Source: an uncultured Spirochaetota bacterium
Lineage (GTDB): Bacteria; Spirochaetota; UBA4802; UBA5550
Reading direction: 5' to 3'
Length of the DNA stretch: 64,000 bases
NCBI GenBank assembly: GCA_963827275.1
Contig: CAWHAA010000005.1
Span: 576,001-640,000, forward strand
Shown here: in pieces, positions 60,320-64,000 of the stretch
How the letters are laid out: each line of letters opens with the position of its first letter
Numbering within the stretch: the stretch's first letter is position 1
Translations under genes and position numbers: made by a program
Notes under the pieces: generated by a model
What the model was told of the DNA's origin: nothing
The model's database searches: none
The model's input: only the letters and a program-made list of their open reading frames with translations

Positions 60320-61624
60320 TTATATCTTTCTTCTATCGACAACCCGCACCGCTTTCCCCTCGCTCCGTGCGATGGTCATGGGCTCCACCAGCGTGATCTT
60401 CGCCGAAATGCCCAGGACGCTCCGGAAGCGGTCGCTGATCTTCTTCCTCAGATTATCGAGCACCTTCACCTCGTCGGAGAAGAGCTTTTCGCTGACTTCG
60501 ACCATGACCTCGACGTCGTCCATGGCCGCCTTGCGGTCCAGGATGATCTGGTAGTGCGGCTCGGTCCCCTCGACCTCCATGAGCACGTTCTCGATCTGGG
60601 ACGGGAACACGTTGACGCCGCGGATGATGAGCATGTCGTCGGACCTGCCGGTGACCTTCTCCATCTTGACCAGCGTCCTTCCGCACTTGCAGCTGTCGCG
60701 GTAGAGGCGGGTGATGTCGCGCGACCGGTACCGGATGCCGGGAAAGGCCTCCTTGGTAATCGTCGTGTAAACGATCTCGCCCTTCTCTCCCTCGGGGAGG
60801 ATGTCGCCGGTCTCGGGGTCGATGACCTCCACGTAGAAGTGGTCCTCATGCACGTGGAGGCCCGACTTCTCCTGGCACTCGCCCGATACGCCCGGGCCCA
60901 TGACTTCGGAAAGTCCGTAGATGTCGTAGGCCTGGATGCCGAGACGCGTCTCGATCTCCTTCCGCATCGCTTCCGACCATGGCTCGGCGCCGAGTATGCC
61001 GGCCCTGAGTTTTGTCTTGCGCATGTCGTAATCGGGCCGTTTCTTTTCGATGTAATCGGCTATGTTAAGCAGGTACGAGGGCGTGCACGCGATCATGGTC
61101 GTACCGAAGTCCTTGATCAGCATGAGCTGGCGCTCGGTGTTGCCGCCGGAGATCGGCACGGTCAGCGCGCCGAGCTTCTCAGATCCGTAGTGGAGCCCGA
61201 GGCCCCCGGTGAAGAGCCCGTACCCGTACGCGACCTGGATCACGTCCTTCTCCGTGGCGCCGTAGCCGACCAGGCACCGCGCCACGACCTCGGCAAACAC
61301 CTCCACGTCATTTTTGGTCAACCCCACTACCGTGGCGTTGCCGGTGGTGCCGGAGGACGAATGGACGCGGACGACCTTGTCCATCGGCACCGCGAACAGC
61401 CCGAAGGGGTAGTTGTTCCGCATGTCCTGCTTCGTGAGGAAGGGGACGCGCTTCATGTCGTCAAGCGATTTGAACTGGTCCGGGTGGAAGCCGGCATCGT
61501 CGAATTTCTTATGGTAGAACGCGTTGTTCTTGTACGCGTGGCCGATAGACCACTTGAGCCGCTCGAGCTGGAGCTCGCGCATCTTCTTTAATGGCATTGT
61601 TTCAATTTCTTTGTTAAAATACAT
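60320..61624 (-). CDS. paaK: Phenylacetate-CoA ligase
   Basis: HSSSGTTG, GYGLFTGGLG, DIYGLSEVMGPG, GRSDDMLIIRGVNVFPSQIE. Confidence 0.93.
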   Translation of the reverse strand: MYFNKEIETMPLKKMRELQLERLKWSIGHAYKNNAFYHKKFDDAGFHPDQFKSLDDMKRVPFLTKQDMRNNYPFGLFAVPMDKVVRVHSSSGTTGNATVVGLTKNDVEVFAEVVARCLVGYGATEKDVIQVAYGYGLFTGGLGLHYGSEKLGALTVPISGGNTERQLMLIKDFGTTMIACTPSYLLNIADYIEKKRPDYDMRKTKLRAGILGAEPWSEAMRKEIETRLGIQAYDIYGLSEVMGPGVSGECQEKSGLHVHEDHFYVEVIDPETGDILPEGEKGEIVYTTITKEAFPGIRYRSRDITRLYRDSCKCGRTLVKMEKVTGRSDDMLIIRGVNVFPSQIENVLMEVEGTEPHYQIILDRKAAMDDVEVMVEVSEKLFSDEVKVLDNLRKKISDRFRSVLGISAKITLVEPMTIARSEGKAVRVVDRRKI

Positions 61625-61918
61625 CGATACCCCCTCGAAGTTCTGCGTTATGTCTCACTGCCGCTATTTTTTATGACTTTTGGGCACCATTCCCTGCCCG
61701 CGGCACAGATCAACCTTATGGAGGGGCATGCTTTTTTCAAGGAAAAAATTTGTATATATGCGACCGCACGGCATAATACGGAAAAATCAGCTTGCTATTT
61801 TTTCTGACGCTGGCACGATACAAACTCGTACCCTTCCACTTCCATCTGTCATATTGAACTCTCAAGGCCCGGAACCTGTTTGTATCCGGAGCCACCTATG
61901 TATTGAAGGAGGCATTCC

Positions 61919-63118
61919 ATGAGCCAGGTATTTGAGAATTCTTCAATCGGGCCAATCAAGATGAAAAACAGGATCCTCAGGTCCGCCACGCATGAAGGCC
62001 TATCCGATGAAATGGGGGGCCCCCTTCCCGATCTTGCCGCGATGTATGAAGGCCTTGCCCGCGGCGGGGCCGGTGCGATAATTACCGGCTATTTCGGGGT
62101 GCAGGCAAACGGAAGAACAATGAAGAACATGAAGATGATCGACCGCGACGATTTCAACGAATCGTACAAGAACATCAATGCCATGGCCGGAAAGCACGGG
62201 GTCCCCATCATAGCCCAGATCGCCCATGGCGGCGGGCAGGTAAGCAAAGACGTCAACCGCAAAGAAGCCGTTGCACCCTCCGCGATCAAGTATCCGCTTT
62301 TCGGCAGGACCGCCCGTGAATTGACCGAGCCGGAGATTGATGAAATTATCCAGAGCTTCGTGGCTGCCACGGTGCGCGCCCAAAAGGCCGGCTTTGCTGG
62401 CGTCCAGATCCATGCCGCAAGCGGATGGCTTCTATCATCGTTCCTGTCACCGGCAATGAACCGGCGTACGGACCGATGGGGCGGCACCACTGAAAACAGG
62501 TTCAGGATCATGGCGGAAATTATCGACCGCGCCAGGGACAGCGTCGGGAGCTATCCTATTCTCGTGAAATTCAGCGCCTATGACTTCGACAAGGGCGGCA
62601 TACGGATTGAGGAAGGCATACGAATCGCTGAACTTCTTCAAAAATCGGGATATGATGCCATAGAAACGACCTGCGGGGGAAGTGCTGACGGCATGACCGG
62701 CGTGAGGGCCGCACATTTGCCGATAGAGGCATACCTCAACCTTATCCCCTGGTTTAAAGCCATGCCGCCGGTAAAAAAAATCATGTTCCGCCTGATGGCC
62801 CCCTTCGTCATAAAACAGCATGCGCCCCTTTTCAATTACAACGTGGACGCCGCTGCCGAAATAAGGAAGCGTGTCGATGTGCCGGTGATTGCCGTGGGAG
62901 GAATACACAGGTTGAAGGATATCGAGTCGATCATCAGTGAAAAAAAGGCTGACTATGTTGCCCTGAGCCGCCCTTTCATCATTGAACCCGATATCGTGAA
63001 TAAATTCAGAAGCGGCGCGCAGGCGGAATCACGGTGCATCAACTGCGGGTTCTGCCTTATCGGTTCGGTTTCCAAACCGGTCCGCTGTTACCACGGCACA
63101 ATTCCGAAACAATCATGA
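61919..63118 (+). CDS. NADH:flavin oxidoreductase (Old Yellow Enzyme family)
   Basis: KNRILRSATHE, QIAHGG, GVQIHAA, NRRTDRWGG, RPFIIEPD, CINCGFC. Confidence 0.9.
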   Translation: MSQVFENSSIGPIKMKNRILRSATHEGLSDEMGGPLPDLAAMYEGLARGGAGAIITGYFGVQANGRTMKNMKMIDRDDFNESYKNINAMAGKHGVPIIAQIAHGGGQVSKDVNRKEAVAPSAIKYPLFGRTARELTEPEIDEIIQSFVAATVRAQKAGFAGVQIHAASGWLLSSFLSPAMNRRTDRWGGTTENRFRIMAEIIDRARDSVGSYPILVKFSAYDFDKGGIRIEEGIRIAELLQKSGYDAIETTCGGSADGMTGVRAAHLPIEAYLNLIPWFKAMPPVKKIMFRLMAPFVIKQHAPLFNYNVDAAAEIRKRVDVPVIAVGGIHRLKDIESIISEKKADYVALSRPFIIEPDIVNKFRSGAQAESRCINCGFCLIGSVSKPVRCYHGTIPKQS

Positions 63119-63166
63119 GCGGAACGGCCGGAGACGGACACTACCGCCTCCGGGTTACCCGAGGGC

Positions 63167-64000
63167 CTAATAGTAGAAGACCAGCGCGGCCGCCTGTACC
63201 CCGGCCGCCGGGCAGGTATATACCGACAGGTTGCCGCGCGTGAGGCGCCCGTCTTTCCGTGCCCGGTCCATGCCCAGGGGCAGGCTGGCGGACGCGACAT
63301 TGCCGATCTCGGAGTAGAAGGACTTATATGAGTCGGGTATGCAGACATTGGACTTGCGAAGCATGGGCAGCACCATTTCATCGATCATGTTCCCGATATC
63401 ATGGATGAAGAGGCAATCATACCGGATATCTTTCCATTCATCGCCCTTCAGGACCCCGGTCACCAGGTCCATCATCTGCTTCAGGCCGCTGCGTATCAGC
63501 CGCGATGAATGCGAATGGAGGCGGTAGCGCTCGCCGATGCGGTAGTTCAGCCCGATATGGCAGGTGGCAAATTCACCGTCCGCCAGGCTGTAGAACGCGC
63601 GCATGTGCCGCGGGTCGGTCGCATACGGGGCCTCTCCGGTCCCCTGGAGGATCATGGCCCCGGCGCCGTCACCGATGGTGAGCGAGCCGAATTTCCAGGC
63701 AAGCTCTTCCACCGTCTTGCACGTATAATCGGCCCAGTCGAAGGTGCGCTCCCCCGCGACGACCATGACGGTGCGGTACTTGTCGGTCTTTATCAGCGCA
63801 TCGGCGATCTCCATGGACTTGACAAAGCTCGTGCACGCGTCCTGCGTATCGATCACATTGGCGCGCGTCGCACCGATCTCGAACTTCAGAACATGGCCGG
63901 TGGCCGGCTCGATGAAGGCCTTGGACATGCCGGTATAGATGATCAGGTCGATATCGGTCGCCGGTATACCCGCATCGTCCAGCGCGCGTTGTGCGGCGAC
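63167..64000 (-). CDS. OleA-like / KAS III-fold condensing enzyme, paralog of 15650-16705, 5' truncated by window edge
   Basis: TGMSKAFIEPAT, DTQDACTSF, AGERTFDWAD, ELAWKFGSLTIGDGAGA, IHDIG, GNVAS. Confidence 0.8.
   Translation of the reverse strand, partial: VAAQRALDDAGIPATDIDLIIYTGMSKAFIEPATGHVLKFEIGATRANVIDTQDACTSFVKSMEIADALIKTDKYRTVMVVAGERTFDWADYTCKTVEELAWKFGSLTIGDGAGAMILQGTGEAPYATDPRHMRAFYSLADGEFATCHIGLNYRIGERYRLHSHSSRLIRSGLKQMMDLVTGVLKGDEWKDIRYDCLFIHDIGNMIDEMVLPMLRKSNVCIPDSYKSFYSEIGNVASASLPLGMDRARKDGRLTRGNLSVYTCPAAGVQAAALVFYY

Noticed and set aside
52454..61591. Long antisense ORFs (e.g. 52454-54103, 58672-59889, 60293-61591; likewise 4769-5884, 38171-39433)
   Set aside because: These are shadow frames of high-GC genes on the opposite strand, with no recognisable motifs.

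Overview
This is a GC-rich bacterial chromosomal window. The gene content (7TM-DISM receptors, membrane-anchored AraC, FadL, cytochrome c3, ior/paaK) suggests an anaerobic Spirochaetota-like organism, which is an inference. Most genes cover lipid, sugar and aromatic-acid metabolism or signalling. Four things stand out. (1) A REP-associated HUH/tyrosine transposase (RAYT, 25012-25611) is accompanied by a dispersed bipartite repeat family: motif A GGGGTCAGAGTAA (about 26 copies by eye) and palindromic motif B CCGATAACTATCGG (about 12 copies), usually joined by an 8-nt spacer. These form a TIR-bounded 227-bp element, a 42-bp tandem array, intergenic clusters and in-CDS singlets. (2) An apparently fused transamidosome: GatA::non-discriminating AspRS plus GatC::GatB. 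(3) A Nif11-like small peptide lies next to an orphan OleA-like condensing enzyme and a two-component system, with a second OleA-like paralog at the window end. (4) Other unusual items are a dodecaheme c3-type lipoprotein, a Ser/Thr kinase-HAD phosphatase fusion and a possible galactolipid utilisation locus. Caveat: seven apparent frameshifts are all +1 insertions, pointing to sequencing error, so both the pseudogene calls and the fusion calls need read-level validation. I recognised no rRNA, tRNA or CRISPR-Cas.
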